Origin: Octopus bimaculoides
Lineage: Eukaryota
Assembly (NCBI RefSeq): GCF_001194135.2
Contig: NC_068990.1
Location: 74,013,864-74,077,863 of the forward strand
DNA length: 64,000 nt
Reading direction: 5' to 3'
Position 1 is the stretch's first letter. Each line of letters opens with the position of its first letter. Shown in pieces: positions 51,469 through 64,000 of this stretch. The notes beneath the pieces were generated by a model, which worked only from the letters and a program-made list of their open reading frames with translations, searched no databases and was not told the origin of the DNA. Both the position numbers and the translations under genes were made by a program.

Positions 51469-51699
51469 CGGCGAGCTGGCAGAATCGTCAGCTCGCCAGG
51501 TGAAATGCTTAGTGGTATTTTGTCTGCCATTATCTTCTGAGTTCAAATTCCGCCGAGGTCGACTTTGCCTTTCATCCTTTCGAGGTCGGTAAATTAAGTA
51601 CCAGTTATACACTGAGGTCGATGTAATCGACTTAACCCATTTGTCTGTCCTTGTTTGTCCCCTCTATATTTAGCCCCTTGTGGACAATAAAGAAATAAG
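51469..51699 (+). mobile_element. SINE family A, followed by a second copy to about 51890
   Basis: cggcgagctggcagaatcgtcagc...aaattaagtaccagttatacactg. Confidence 0.88.
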
Positions 51700-51891
51700 A
51701 ATCGTTAGAACGCTGTGCAAAATGCTCAACAGCATTTCATCTGTCATTGTGTTCTGAGTTCAGATTCCATCAAAGTTGACTTTGCCTTTCATCCTTTGGG
51801 AGTCGATAAAATAAGAACATTAGTGTTGATGTAATTTACTCACCCCTTTCCTAAAATTCCTGGCCTTGTGCCAAAATTTGAAACAAATATT

Positions 51892-52072
51892 TACCTGATT
51901 TTTCAATAGATGTTCTTCTTGTGGCCAAAACGTACCTGATTTTCAAGGGATGCGTTTTCATGTTGCCAATACTTACCTGATTTTCAAGGGATGCATTTTC
52001 ATGTTGCCAAAAAATACCTGATTTTCAAGGGAAGATTTTCATGTTGCTAATATGTACGTGATTTTCAAGGAA
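51892..52072. repeat. 41-bp minisatellite, about 5 units (further degenerate units at 51374-51460)
   Basis: tacctgattttcaagggatgcattttcatgttgccaatact units start at 51892, 51933, 51974, 52015 and 52055. Confidence 0.9.
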
Positions 52073-52596
52073 TCTTTGATCCCAGAGGTATTCAAAAACA
52101 CAGAGATAATGGGTGATTTGTCAAGAGGAAATAACATACATGACTGTCTGGGGACTAGCTACAAAGAGCTATGTTGGCACTTGTAGGTGAGCTGTTATGA
52201 TAGCAATGTCTGTAGCTGTAGCTAAGTATAAATTGTAAACTAAACATTCACACACACACACACACATGTATGCAGATGCATATGTACACATAAACATACA
52301 TATATATGTATAATGGTCTTCTTTCAGCTTCCATCTACCAAATTAAATTTTCTCATAAAGTATTGACCATAGAGTGGGACTGAACCTGAAGCTGAGAAAC
52401 ACCTTGTAAGTGAATTTGGTTGACTAAAGCTGTAAAAAAATTCATTATATAGACGCACACACCCATACAGACACACACACACATGCACAGAAACAGAGCA
52501 AATGTGCACACAGAAGCATGCATGCATTACACACGAATAATTTAGGTTATCTAATATTTGACTCATCATTCTTCCTTGCAGGATTTTATATTTTAA

Positions 52597-52803
52597 CCCT
52601 TTAGCATTTAAACCAGCAATATCCAGCCCAAATATTCTACATGTCATATGTCCAAACTGGTCAGATCTGGCCTCTCACACCTACCTTACAATCTCATTCT
52701 AAAATAAAACAGTCTTGAAGCTATGTGATTATGTATGATTAATTCATAATGATGTGAATAAATAAGCATTACATTCCTCAGACTAATCTAAATGCTAAAA
52801 GGT
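52597..52803. mobile_element. piggyBac-type MITE
   Basis: TTAA-ccctttagcattta ... taaatgctaaaaggt-TTAA. A related copy in the opposite orientation starts at 59757. Confidence 0.8.
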
Positions 52804-53469
52804 TTAAACACATCCCCAGAGGAAGTATTTGCCTTTAAATTGTAATTACTGTTTATTTAATTAGCATTTTCACTTCATTATAACACATATTTGGATTCTA
52901 TCACATCATGCAGCATACTCTATGAGGTTGTTGTTGTTAATATTCAGCTCTGCTAAGGTGGTGGCAAGCTGGTAGAATCATTAGCATGCCAGGCAGAATT
53001 CTTAGCAGTATTTTGTTCTTCCTTATGTCCTGAGTTCAAATCCCACTAAAGTCAACTTTGTCTTTCATGCTTTCAGGGTTGATAAAATAAGTACCAATTG
53101 AGCATTGGGATTGATGCAGTCAACCTACTCCTTCCTCGAAATTGCTGGCCATGTGCCAAAATCTGAAATCAATATTCAGCACTGCTGTTGATATTCATAA
53201 TCAATATTAATGCATTACTTAGAAATAATACATTTCTAAATCTCTCAGAGAGATATATACAGCAGCAGCACAATAAAGTGATGGTATGTGACAGTCCTAT
53301 GAAAAGGAAGAATGCTACTGCTATTTAGCCCTAGGAAACACCGTTTCCTGTTGGCCTTGACACATTTCCTGTGTCCTTATGTCTACAAAGGGGAGATAAG
53401 CACCTCCACCCAGCAAAGCCAGCATCCAGAGACTAGTTTAAGAGTCATTGTTCATCATCAGTCTGGAAT

Positions 53470-53956
53470 AGCATCGTCAAATCACCATCCATGAGTTATC
53501 AGAGTGTGTGCAGATTAGTTACAGTTCTGTTCAGTCCATTATCGCAGAAGATTTGAGTATGAGATGCATGTCTGCCAAGTTTGTGTGCCAAAACTGCTTT
53601 CAAGTGACCAAAAAGATACTCAGGTTTCAGTTGCCCAAGATCTCATTGATTGTGTTGAGAATGATGAAAATGCTTTGAAAACTTTATATAGGCCTCTGAA
53701 CAGGTATCGCCAAGCTTTTGACAACATTTTATGCAGAATCTCTGATCAACTCTCTCTGTCATGGTCAATGTGGCAATCACACACTTCACACCTTCCTTCC
53801 AAGCATTGCTGTAAACAGTGGAAGCATGCTAGAACATTAAAACTTAGTGCACATGCACAACAGTGTTCAAGGTCAACCTGTGCCAATCAGTTTCGTTCTG
53901 CATGCTTTAACTTCGTTACTATAGCAACAGTCCCAATACTTATGGATCAGACTGCA
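53470..53956. mobile_element. Rearranged mariner: + strand internal fragment fused to a - strand 5' end
   Basis: 53470-53686 (+) reads [27 protein letters not shown]...[14 protein letters not shown]. 53687-53956 (-) carries the TIR/5' UTR and [25 protein letters not shown]. Confidence 0.8.
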
Positions 53957-54147
53957 TATACATGTGATATATGTGATATAAGTATTAATATATATACATA
54001 TATATATACATACATGCATGTATATATATATATATATGTAGATAAATATATATATACACACATACACACACACACACACACATATATACATATATATAGA
54101 TATGCATACATATACACATACTCAGACATACATACATACACACACAC

Positions 54148-54193
<46 letters not shown>

Positions 54194-54755
54194 CTGTATG
54201 TGTATGTATGTATGTATGTATGTATGTATGTATGCATGCATGCATGTATTTGCATGCATACATATAGCATATAGTAAATGATTGATACAGAGAGAGAAGG
54301 AAAATCGTCTGATACCGTTATATGTACAGCAAATCAATAGCCATTAACATGTCCATATATACATTCACTCACACATACATGCACACACATGTAGATATAT
54401 AAGTGGCTTCATAAACATACACATATGTATGTGTGTGTGTCTGTGTGTGTCTGTGTATGTCTGTTTATGCATTCATACTCACACATGTGTATATAGTAAG
54501 ATAATAAAAAGAGCACACACATAAAACTATACGAGCTGAAAGCTGTCTATTTACACAGCTAAGCAAACACATGTACTTCCATATTCATATGCACACATGC
54601 ACATTTTGTACATTATATTTGTTTATCTGTGCATATAAGCAGTTTATACATAGGAATCTATCACTAGACTGAAAATAGAAACAGACAGGCTTGCCAAATT
54701 ATAGAATTTCTGATCAAATATAGAACAATAATATATATAGTAAGGTCATTTACAG

Positions 54756-54779
54756 GTCAGTCGAGGCACAGTGGAGGAG
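54756..54779 (+). CDS. Candidate 24-nt symmetric micro-exon (SVEAQWR in phase 2)
   Basis: GC-rich island gtcagtcgaggcacagtggaggag in AT-rich context, flanked by catttacAG and GTAAAT. Open in phase 2. The polypyrimidine tract is weak. Confidence 0.35.
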
Positions 54780-55924
54780 GTAAATGGTGGATGTAAATAT
54801 ATTTTATATAAACATATATATAATTATACAAACCTATTCATATCTATGTCTTTTTTTTTTCCCTTTTTAATTTTGTTACTAGATGCCTACCACATAGCTA
54901 ATCAAATGTACAATTTATAATATTGTCTTCTTCTTCTTGTTCTCCTTGTTCTTGTTCTTGTTGTTGTTGTTGTTGTTCTTCTTCTTCTTATTATTATTAT
55001 TATTTTTCCCCNNNNNNNNNNNNNNNNNNNNNNNNNNNNNNNNCCTCCCCCTCCTCTTCCTCTTTCCACCTTCTTCTTCTTCTTCTTCTTCTTCTTCTTC
55101 TTCTTCTTCTTCTTCTTCTTCTTCTTCTTCTTCTTCTTCCTGCTTTGGATCTCTCACCCCTCCTCTTTTCTTCATCATTAGTATCATAAATTATTTCCCC
55201 CCTCTTCCCTCTTCCACTTCTCTTCATCTTTAGTTTCATAAATTTCCCCACCCTCCTCCTCCAATATGTTGCAGCTTTCATAAAAAATTGTGGGCCTCAT
55301 GATCTGATGATAGACTTGGCCATTAATGGGAAGTGAATGCCTGGGCAAAATTTGAACACAGAGCATAAAGAACTGAAACAGCTACTGCAAGTTATCTCAT
55401 CCAATACCCATTCTATTCTGCTAAATCTCAAATCTGTACCAGTGTTTTGTTTATCAACCCTGGAAGATAAAACACAAAAGTAACTTCAGCAGGATTCAAA
55501 CTCCAACAGCAAAGAGCCGAAACAAATATGACAATCTGACCATTCTGCTGATATATTCATTATAATGATTCATAATGTTTCTGTTGTTGGTGAGTAGATT
55601 CCTCTAGTATGACTCTGGCAAAGAATTGAATTTACCACTTTAAATTTGCTGGAAAGGAATGGTCTTTTGTTTTGTTTTCTTTTGTCTCATTTTCCCACAA
55701 GAAATTTTAGAAGTTTGGGCACTGACCATTTTTGACATTGAACAGTCTTTGACTCCTTATATTTTTGTATTCCTTGTTAGTCTCAAATGAGGTAGCAACA
55801 AATACGACCTCAAAATTTGATATTTTAAAATTTTGAAGCAAACATGCATGGATTAATAAAATATAAACAGGAGAATATGGCAATGTACTAACATTTTTAA
55901 ACATAGATATTTATAGTTTAACAA

Positions 55925-56145
55925 CTGCTGATGCCACGTAAAAAATACCTGTGTTGGTACCATGTAAAAAGCACCAAGTACACTCTGTAAAGTGGCTGAC
56001 ATTAGGAAGAGCATCCAATTGTAGAAATCATGCAAAAAAACACCACTAGAATTTGGTGCAACCCTCCAACTTGCCAGCTCCTCTCAACCCATCTAACCCA
56101 TGTCAGCATGGAAAACAGATGTTCAACGATGGTGATGATGATGAG
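55925..56145 (+). mobile_element. SINE family C with (GAT)n tail
   Basis: gagcatccaattgtagaaa...gcatggaaaacagatgttcaacgatggtgatgatg. Confidence 0.75.
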
Positions 56146-56605
56146 CATGATTTGCAACAAAATGTAGAGTTATAAACAAAAACAAGAATGGTAAATCATT
56201 GTAGTGGGCCTGAAAAAAATATTGACCATGGATTTTTACCCGAGATCACCTCCACACCCACACAAAGGACACAAGAGGCATATCACAAATGACTGAGACT
56301 CTTATCCAGACTATTTCATAAAAAAAAAAGTATGAAAAACTGAAAGGGTGTGTCCATGTACCCTTGGAGGAGTAATTGTAGGAAACTGGTTGATGTGTGA
56401 CACAGTATAATCCATCAACAGTGCCAGAGTATATGAAAGTGCATACCTTATAAGGAAAGAAATAAAGAAAACAGGTGCAACTATGCTCCACAAACCTGAC
56501 CACGATATTATGCTGCAATATGCAGGGAAATGACATATTAAGGCCACATTCAGAAACATTAGTATGGCTGTTAACCAATCTCACACTAATGGTAGAATAA
56601 GGGAA

Positions 56606-56749
56606 AGGTGGTGAGCTGGCAGAAACGTTAGCACACCGGACGAAATTCTTAGTGGTATTTTGTCTGACGTTCCGTTCTGAGTTCAAATTCCACCGAGGTC
56701 GACTTTGCCTTTCATCCTTTCGGGGTCGATAAATAAAGTACCAGTTATG
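56606..56749 (+). mobile_element. SINE family A, 3'-truncated
   Basis: ggtggtgagctggcagaaacgttagcacacc...cggggtcgataaataaagtaccag. Confidence 0.88.
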
Positions 56750-57651
56750 TGTTATGCAATGCAGTACTGTACAGTATTTTAATTTATTAATTTATTAATT
56801 TTTAAGCATGCAAATTCTTATTTTACCACAGAAATAAATAAAATCTAAAAAGATACAAATACCTATTGGCTGCAGAAACCGTTGATATACTGAGGAGTCC
56901 ACGGTATAAATTTACATACATTAGCCAGAAAAATCCATGATGTACTGAAAGTGTGATAGGTGAACCGTGATAACAAAAATATCAGGCCAATGGAAGCCCT
57001 GTTTTCAGAGCATTTCTGATAGAAATAATCTAAGAACAGTGAGAAAAATAATCTGATCTTCAATGTTGGAAGTCAATGATGGGGCACAGCTCCAAGAGTC
57101 TGTGGGGATTTCAGCTCATTATGAAGCTTGTCAGAGTCCACAAAATCTTGTAGCATCTCTCATCAATAACCATTTGGGAAAAATACTCACAAAAAAAAAA
57201 AAACAGAGAAAAGATACTTAGGAAATAGAATGATATACAGACCAAATGCGAGATACAAGAAGACTTCCCCTATTGGAACTGCATAATGTTCCTGGTGTCT
57301 GATTCACCAACGATCAAGTATGGGATATACTGAACACCCTGAAGAAGGAATCTTTAGATTAGTTTTCATAGGCACTTATTAGCACCCACTTCCATACATC
57401 CAAGGTCAGCACACCGTTTTATAAACTGCAAAGAATTTATTCTACTTCAGATTCGTGAACAGACAAGTCTGGGACAAAGCAGAAAAGACTATCAACTTTT
57501 CATACAATAAACACTCATACACAAGCACACACCATTCTCCACATACACATACATGTGGAGAGAAAAGGGACAGTCAGAGGTTAGATAGATAAGCATGTGT
57601 TTATTACATTTATATATATGTATTTATATAGATGTACTTATATATATATGC

Positions 57652-57682
<31 letters not shown>

Positions 57683-59651
57683 ATCATAAATATATAGGGA
57701 TTGACAGTAACCTGCTTCTCCAACATACTGAGAATTCAGAAATAGCAGTCAAAGAACTACTGATTTCAAAACTACAAATTATTACTCCAGATTGATAGCG
57801 ATATTTTTGATACACACAGAACAAAAAACAGTAGAGAAGAGTAAAAAAAACCCACCTGCCTTTAGTTAATTTAGTACGATCGTTTCACAGTTAAGAGTAA
57901 AGAATACTCTATTCTGATCTTCAGCTAAATATTCTAATAAATTTGTTAATGTCTAAATAACTCACGTTAATTTTATATATATATATAAATGTACATGCAT
58001 GCTTACATACATGCACACATACATGTACACATACATGTCTCTCTCTTTCTCTCTNNNNNNNNNNNNNNNNNNNNNNNNNNNNNNNNNNNNNNNNNNNNNN
58101 NNNNNNNNNNNNNNNNNNNNNNNNNNNNNNNNNNNNNNNNNNNNNNNNNNNNNNNNNNNNNNNNNNNNNNNNNNNNNNNNNNNNNNNNNNNNNNNNNNNN
58201 NNNNNNNNNNNNNNNNNNNNNNNNNNNNNNNNNNNNNNNNNNNNNNNNNNNNNNNNNNNNNNNNNNNNNNNNNNNNNNNNNNNNNNNNNNNNNNNNNNNN
58301 NNNNNNNNNNNNNNNNNNNNNNNNNNNNNNNNNNNNNNNNNNNNNNNNNNNNNNNNNNNNNNNNNNNNNNNNNNNNNNNNNNNNNNNNNNNNNNNNNNNN
58401 NNNNNNNNNNNNNNNNNNNNNNNNNNNNNNNNNNNNNNNNNNNNNNNNNNNNNNNNNNNNNNNNNNNNNNNNNNNNNNNNNNNNNNNNNNNNNNNNNNNN
58501 NNNNNNNNNNNNNNNNNNNNNNNNNNNNNNNNNNNNNNNNNNNNNNNNNNNNNNNNNNNNNNNNNNNNNNNNNNNNNNNNNNNNNNNNNNNNNNNNNNNN
58601 NNNNNNNNNNNNNNNNNNNNNNNNNNNNNNNNNNNNNNNNNNNNNNNNNNNNNNNNNNNNNNNNNNNNNNNNNNNNNNNNNNNNNNNNNNNNNNNNNNNN
58701 NNNNNNNNNNNNNNNNNNNNNNNNNNNNNNNNNNNNNNNNNNNNNNNNNNNNNNNNNNNNNNNNNNNNNNNNNNNNNNNNNNNNNNNNNNNNNNNNNNNN
58801 NNNNNNNNNNNNNNNNNNNNNNNNNNNNNNNNNNNNNNNNNNNNNNNNNNNNNNNNNNNNNNNNNNNNNNNNNNNNNNNNNNNNNNNNNNNNNNNNNNNN
58901 NNNNNNNNNNNNNNNNNNNNNNNNNNNNNNNNNNNNNNNNNNNNNNNNNNNNNNNNNNNNNNNNNNNNNNNNNNNNNNNNNNNNNNNNNNNNNNNNNNNN
59001 NNNNNNNATATATATATGCACATATACATACACACACACATACATACATATACAGATACATACACACATGTGTGTGTGTGTGTGTGTAAGTGATTTAGTG
59101 TGGGGAGAAGTTGAGCTCTTTATTGAGCTTCATCTGTAGTTTAAGAGTCATTGTGTCATTGAGCTATTTCATGTTACTTCTTATTTCTACTGATTTCCAG
59201 CTAGAACGAATTCCCTGCCAATCAAGCCAATGAGGAATCCCTTACATGCATGCACAACGTCAAAGACATAATAGCTGAATCTTGCTCAATTTCAACCTAC
59301 AATCTTAAATAAGGAAAAGACACATTAACTAATGTAGACCTACATGTTACATGTCAGTTCAGATTATCTCAAAAATAAAATACTAATGGTAATCATGTAA
59401 ACCTGTGCTTCTTGTTTCATGATCAGAACAATGGTGACTCAACTGCTATCGACTACTCTGTGGATTCACTCTAGTATTTGAAGGGTAGATGAATACTAAC
59501 ATAGGGAAAAATCAGTATCTGACTACAAGAACAGATGAACTCAACAACGAGTCAAAGGCCAGCTATAAAAGCTACAAATGGAGCAGAGCACAACAAAGGT
59601 ATTTGAGTCTACTGAATCCCATCAGCCCTTGCATCTGTTTGTCTCTTTCAG

Positions 59652-59708
59652 ATGTACTAGCCTTGATTTTCCTTTGACACAGAGAGATCCAGCTGAAGAA
59701 CCTCCATG
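59652..59708 (+). CDS. Probable 57-nt symmetric (phase 2-2) coding exon, CTSLDFPLTQRDPAEEPP(W/C), of an unidentified gene
   Basis: Strong acceptor gtttgtctctttcAG and consensus donor G|GTAAGT. Only phase 2 is stop-free, and the sequence is not repeat-like. Confidence 0.65.
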
Positions 59709-60057
59709 GTAAGTGTGTGGGCTGATCCAAGATTTTGTCAAATAACTAGTTTTTAACCCTTTACCATTCAGATTACTCAGTCAAATGTAATGCTTATTTA
59801 TTCACATTGTTTCAAATCAATCATGCATTATTCTGTAACTTTGAGATTTCAATGATGTGACTGTGTATTTTTCATTGATATTGTATGGTAATTGTGAGAG
59901 GCTAGATTTGGCTGGTTTGAACATACAACAGATAGAATATCTGGGCTGGATATGAGCAATTTAAATACACTTAATCCCTTCGATTACATGTTTCTCAAAG
60001 AAATACATAGTTTATTTGTTGTAATTAATTTCTAAAATTAAAATTAGAAAGTGAAAG

Positions 60058-60494
60058 TGGTGAGCTGACAGAATTGTTAGCACACTGAATAAAATGGTTA
60101 GAAGTATTTCTTCATGCTGAGTTCAAATTTTTCTGAGGTTAACTTTGTCTTTCATCCTTTCAGAGTCGATAAAATATGTACCAGTTGTCCACTGGAGGTT
60201 GAAATAATCAAGTAGTCTATTCTCCAACTTACTGACCTTGTCCCAAAAATTGAAACCCTTATTATTATTATACTTATTGGAGAACAGCAAAGTAGCAGAA
60301 TAGTTAGCATGCTGGGCAAAATGCTTAGTGGCATTTGGTCTGTCCTTATGTTGTGAGTTCAAATTCTGCTAAGGTCGACTTTACTTTTCATCCTTTTGGG
60401 GTTGATAAATTAAGTACCAGTTGAGTACTGGGGTCTATCTAATCGACTGGTCCCCTCCCACTAAATTTCAGGCCTAGTGCCTATAGTAGAAAGG

Positions 60495-60500
<6 letters not shown>
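60058..60500 (+). mobile_element. Two tandem SINE family A copies followed by (TTA)n
   Basis: Heads near 60058 and 60287, each with the tcatcctt..gtcgataa..taagtaccag core. Confidence 0.85.
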
Positions 60501-60544
<44 letters not shown>

Positions 60545-61403
60545 CAGATGATGAAGTTTAGATTGCTTAGAAACTACTCATTGAAACAGTAGAAAGAAAT
60601 AAAAATTAGAATTGGGAAGGGCTTTATTAACATAATTAACTTTCCTTTCTTTATTAAGGTGGTGTTTTGGCACATAAATCAACAGAAAGTTCTGAGATAA
60701 AATTATTATGGGACATTCTGGTATAAATATGAATACTGTGAAATATACTGCATCAAAGACAAGTGGCAGCATCAGGTGGGTTAAAGTGCGAATAATTAAA
60801 ATGCATAGCAGAATCTGCTGTTTAATTCCAGGATATCCTTGACTGAGCAGATCTATTATGAAGGGCTTTCCAGTAGTAATTATTCATCCTGTTTTGAGCC
60901 GTTGACTAACATGGACTTTATAATCCAACACATCCTTTTTAAGATATTATTGCAAAAGGCATATTTGGCTGATATTTCTAGCTTGATAGATTGATATACC
61001 TATTGTAGCTGCAATATAAAGTTGTATCTGCATTTTTAATTCATATTTGCTCAGGGGTTAGATCATGTTTTTCTTCATTCTGAGGTCAATAAATCTGTGC
61101 CAGTAAATACTGGAATCAAATTAATCAACTATAACCTATCCACTGTAAAATATTGCTTCTTTTGCTTAGTAAAAAAGAAAATCAATATGTTTATATTCTA
61201 ACAGAATATAATATAATATTAAAGCCATTATTTCTTTGCAAAGATCTATTTTTCATTTTTATTTTTTTTTTTTTCAATTTCGGTATACAGTATTGTCACT
61301 TAAATCTTTCAGACTAATAATTTAATATATAATATATAACACACACACACACACATACATACACACACGTTTTTGCATATGCATTTGTGCAATATAAACA
61401 TAC

Positions 61404-61471
<68 letters not shown>

Positions 61472-63915
61472 CAACAATGATGATAATAATAAAATAATAA
61501 GGATGATGATGGTAATGATAAAAGAAAGACAGAAAGAGGAATTTTAAAATGTATGTGCATTTATATCTGCATATATCTGTTTGACTGTATGTATGTGTGT
61601 GTGTGCGTGTATGCTTGTGTTTGTTTGTTTGTGTGTATATGTGCATGTTTGAAAATGTGTTTGCTGACAAAAACAAAGCGATCCATAATGTAAATGAAAG
61701 AATAAATGTGGTTAGAAGGGAGTATCTTATAATTATACCCATTAATGCTTACAATATGCAATATTGTATCAGTTTTTAAAATAAATAAATTCATCAGAGT
61801 TAACTGAGAACAAGATCATAAAGATTGCAATATACAGGTGTCAAAAATGAAGGTGTGAAAAAAAAAAAAATGAAATGAGCTCAGAAAGCCATGAAGCTTT
61901 TGAAAGAAGGTGGATTGGGAAATTAAAATGTTTTTCCTCATAAGAAAAAGGAACACAGAATAGATGAAATATAAATTTCAATTTTGATATAGATTAAATA
62001 AAAAAAAAAAACATAAAATAACTGATTAAATGAATAAAGGATAAGTCAAGTTATTTTGGTTGTATCATAAATCATCATCATCATCGTCGTCATCGCTATC
62101 ATCATCATCATCATCATTATCGTCATCACCGTCATCATTGTCCTTGTCATCATCATCATCATCGTTGTCATCATTATTATTTTAATGACCGCTTTTCCAT
62201 GCTTCAGTAGGTTGGATGGAATTTCTTGGAGCAGATTTTCTACAGCTTGATGCCCTTCCTGTTGCCACAATCAAACATGTTTTCATGAAAGATTGGAAAT
62301 AAAGGACACAGTTTGCATTACAACTATCGTGCTATGTCAAGACAAGGAGGCAGTAACACACTTACATGCACACAAATAAACACACACACACACACAAACA
62401 TGATAGGTTTCATTTCAGTTTCCGTTTACCAAATCCACTCACAAGGCTTCAGTCAGCTTGGAGCTGCAGTTACTTTGAACATACAACAGGTAGACTATTT
62501 GTGCTAGATATGGCCAGTTTAAATACTAAAGTGTTAAACCCAAATATTACAGTAAACATCTATGATAATGCATAATAATTACTAGAAGTTTAATTTACTA
62601 CAATTACTAGGAAAATATATGTAAATATGTATTGTAAATATTTGCATTAAAAAGATCTATTTTGTTGGTTTGGCACCAAATTAAAAAGCAATCTTGTTGG
62701 TAGAATGATAAGATATAAATTTGAGCAATATTGTAATTTTGTTAAAGCAATTATTTAGTTAAAACAATTATTTTATTCCATCTCCAATAACTTTTAACAC
62801 ATTCATGTCTTCCTTTAGACTTTTTATCTTCATATCTACATTTACCTATGTTTTAACTAAAATTTGCTACAGTTTTTATGATATTTCTCCATTAACTCTT
62901 ATCAAGTCGTTTTAAGAACTGGAACAATTTTACAGATTGCAAGCAGTTACAAAATAAATAAAATATACCCTGTCATTAACAGATCTGAATCCTTTTTGTA
63001 ACTTGTGAATTTCTTCATCTTTATGAAGAGCCACCTCTAAATACAAACAAACATACATTCCAAACATTTTCTATCTGAGGTTTCTCATGTAAATAGATCC
63101 ACACACTTGGGTGTATGGATCAACAGTTCAAACATCAACACACCAACTCAACCACATATTTACAAACACTGGGAACACACTCAACTCAAAAAATCTTGTT
63201 GCTTTGTTAGCAACTAGCTTGAACTCTCTTGAGAAGACTTTAAATAAAACTCAAGATAAAATATACATGCATACAAACATTCATAATGGCTGTCTACTTG
63301 CTAGACAAACATGACCATCGCTGAAGTGTTGAGTGTCAGCAATGGCCATGCAAGGGTTTTAAGCTGAGCATGCATTGCATAACACCACAAAGACTTCCAC
63401 TAGAAATAACAAGAAGCTCAGAGACAAGCAAAGTGCAAAATATCCAGCTCAGTAGAGCAACAGTTTCTATGTACAGAATTAGCTATCTCCTAGAGGTAAG
63501 CCTTGACAAAGACCATGGGTTCCACACTCCCAGTGTGCTTACTGCACCCTTGGACACCAATCCTAGTATTTCTACATCCCAGTGCATACATACATGCATA
63601 CATAGCATTATAATAAAACACCCACATCTTATTAAACACAGATACCCATGGTTTCCTGGGCAAAACAGTAATTTATTTCATCATTTTCATGCTGATAACA
63701 AGACTGTTAGTTGCTTTTTAAAGCAGATGATATCTGTATACATACACACACACACACATACATACATACATACATACTTATATATGGAACTGAAACTGTA
63801 ACATCCTACATATATTTTTATTCTCTTATTTCCCTTTGTACGTCTTATGTCCATTCTTTTCCAAAATAACACCTTATATTGAACTCTACTATTTCCCTCT
63901 AGTTAACTCTCTCAT

Positions 63916-63969
63916 ATCATCTCTGATGAAGAGATATCCTTAATACCTCAGAAACAGCTGTAAGACTAT
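63916..63969 (+). ncRNA. Minimal type I hammerhead motif within a probable Penelope-like terminal repeat (about 63795-64000)
   Basis: UCU-CUGAUGA-A-GAGAUAU-CCUUA-AUACCUC-A-GAA-ACAGCUGU-A-AGA: core intact, palindromic stem III, stems I and II partly mismatched. Confidence 0.75.
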
Positions 63970-64000
63970 CTTTCTCTTTATAAATGTCCTATAAAATTTC

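Noticed and set aside
51892-52072. CRISPR-like regularly spaced repeat
   Set aside because: The units are contiguous 41-mers with no unique spacers, in eukaryotic context with no cas genes.
53564-54274. 236-aa ORF
   Set aside because: A chimera of a mariner fragment, an antisense mariner 5' end and microsatellite; not a gene.
1472-59093. Dozens of long ORFs of YI, HT, CV, poly-M/I/L or X in the ORF track
   Set aside because: They are translations of (AT)n, (AC)n, (ACAT)n or (GAT)n microsatellites and N gaps.

Overview
AT-rich, gap-containing (about 20 N runs) eukaryotic draft-assembly DNA with extreme (AT)n/(AC)n/(TAA)n/(GAT)n microsatellite density and several abundant tRNA-derived SINE families. 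The overall pattern points to a coleoid cephalopod, most likely Octopus (inference from repeat content, not from a search). No complete protein-coding gene is present, and nearly all ORF-track entries are microsatellite or gap artefacts. The window looks like intronic or intergenic DNA. It contains: (i) three candidate symmetric phase-2 micro-exons on + (54, 24 and 57 nt) that splice into one open frame; (ii) decayed Tc1/mariner elements (one full-length), a rosa/DD41D-like fragment, CR1-like, RTE-like and R4/Dong-like LINE remnants; (iii) many SINEs and several fold-back or piggyBac-type MITEs; (iv) at least four recognisable minimal type I hammerhead ribozyme motifs of different families plus relics, all with palindromic stem III as in Penelope-like retroelements. 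One of these hammerheads sits in a composite tRNA-head + (AAT)n + hammerhead-tail element. All coordinates were read by eye; dispersed-repeat boundaries are approximate.
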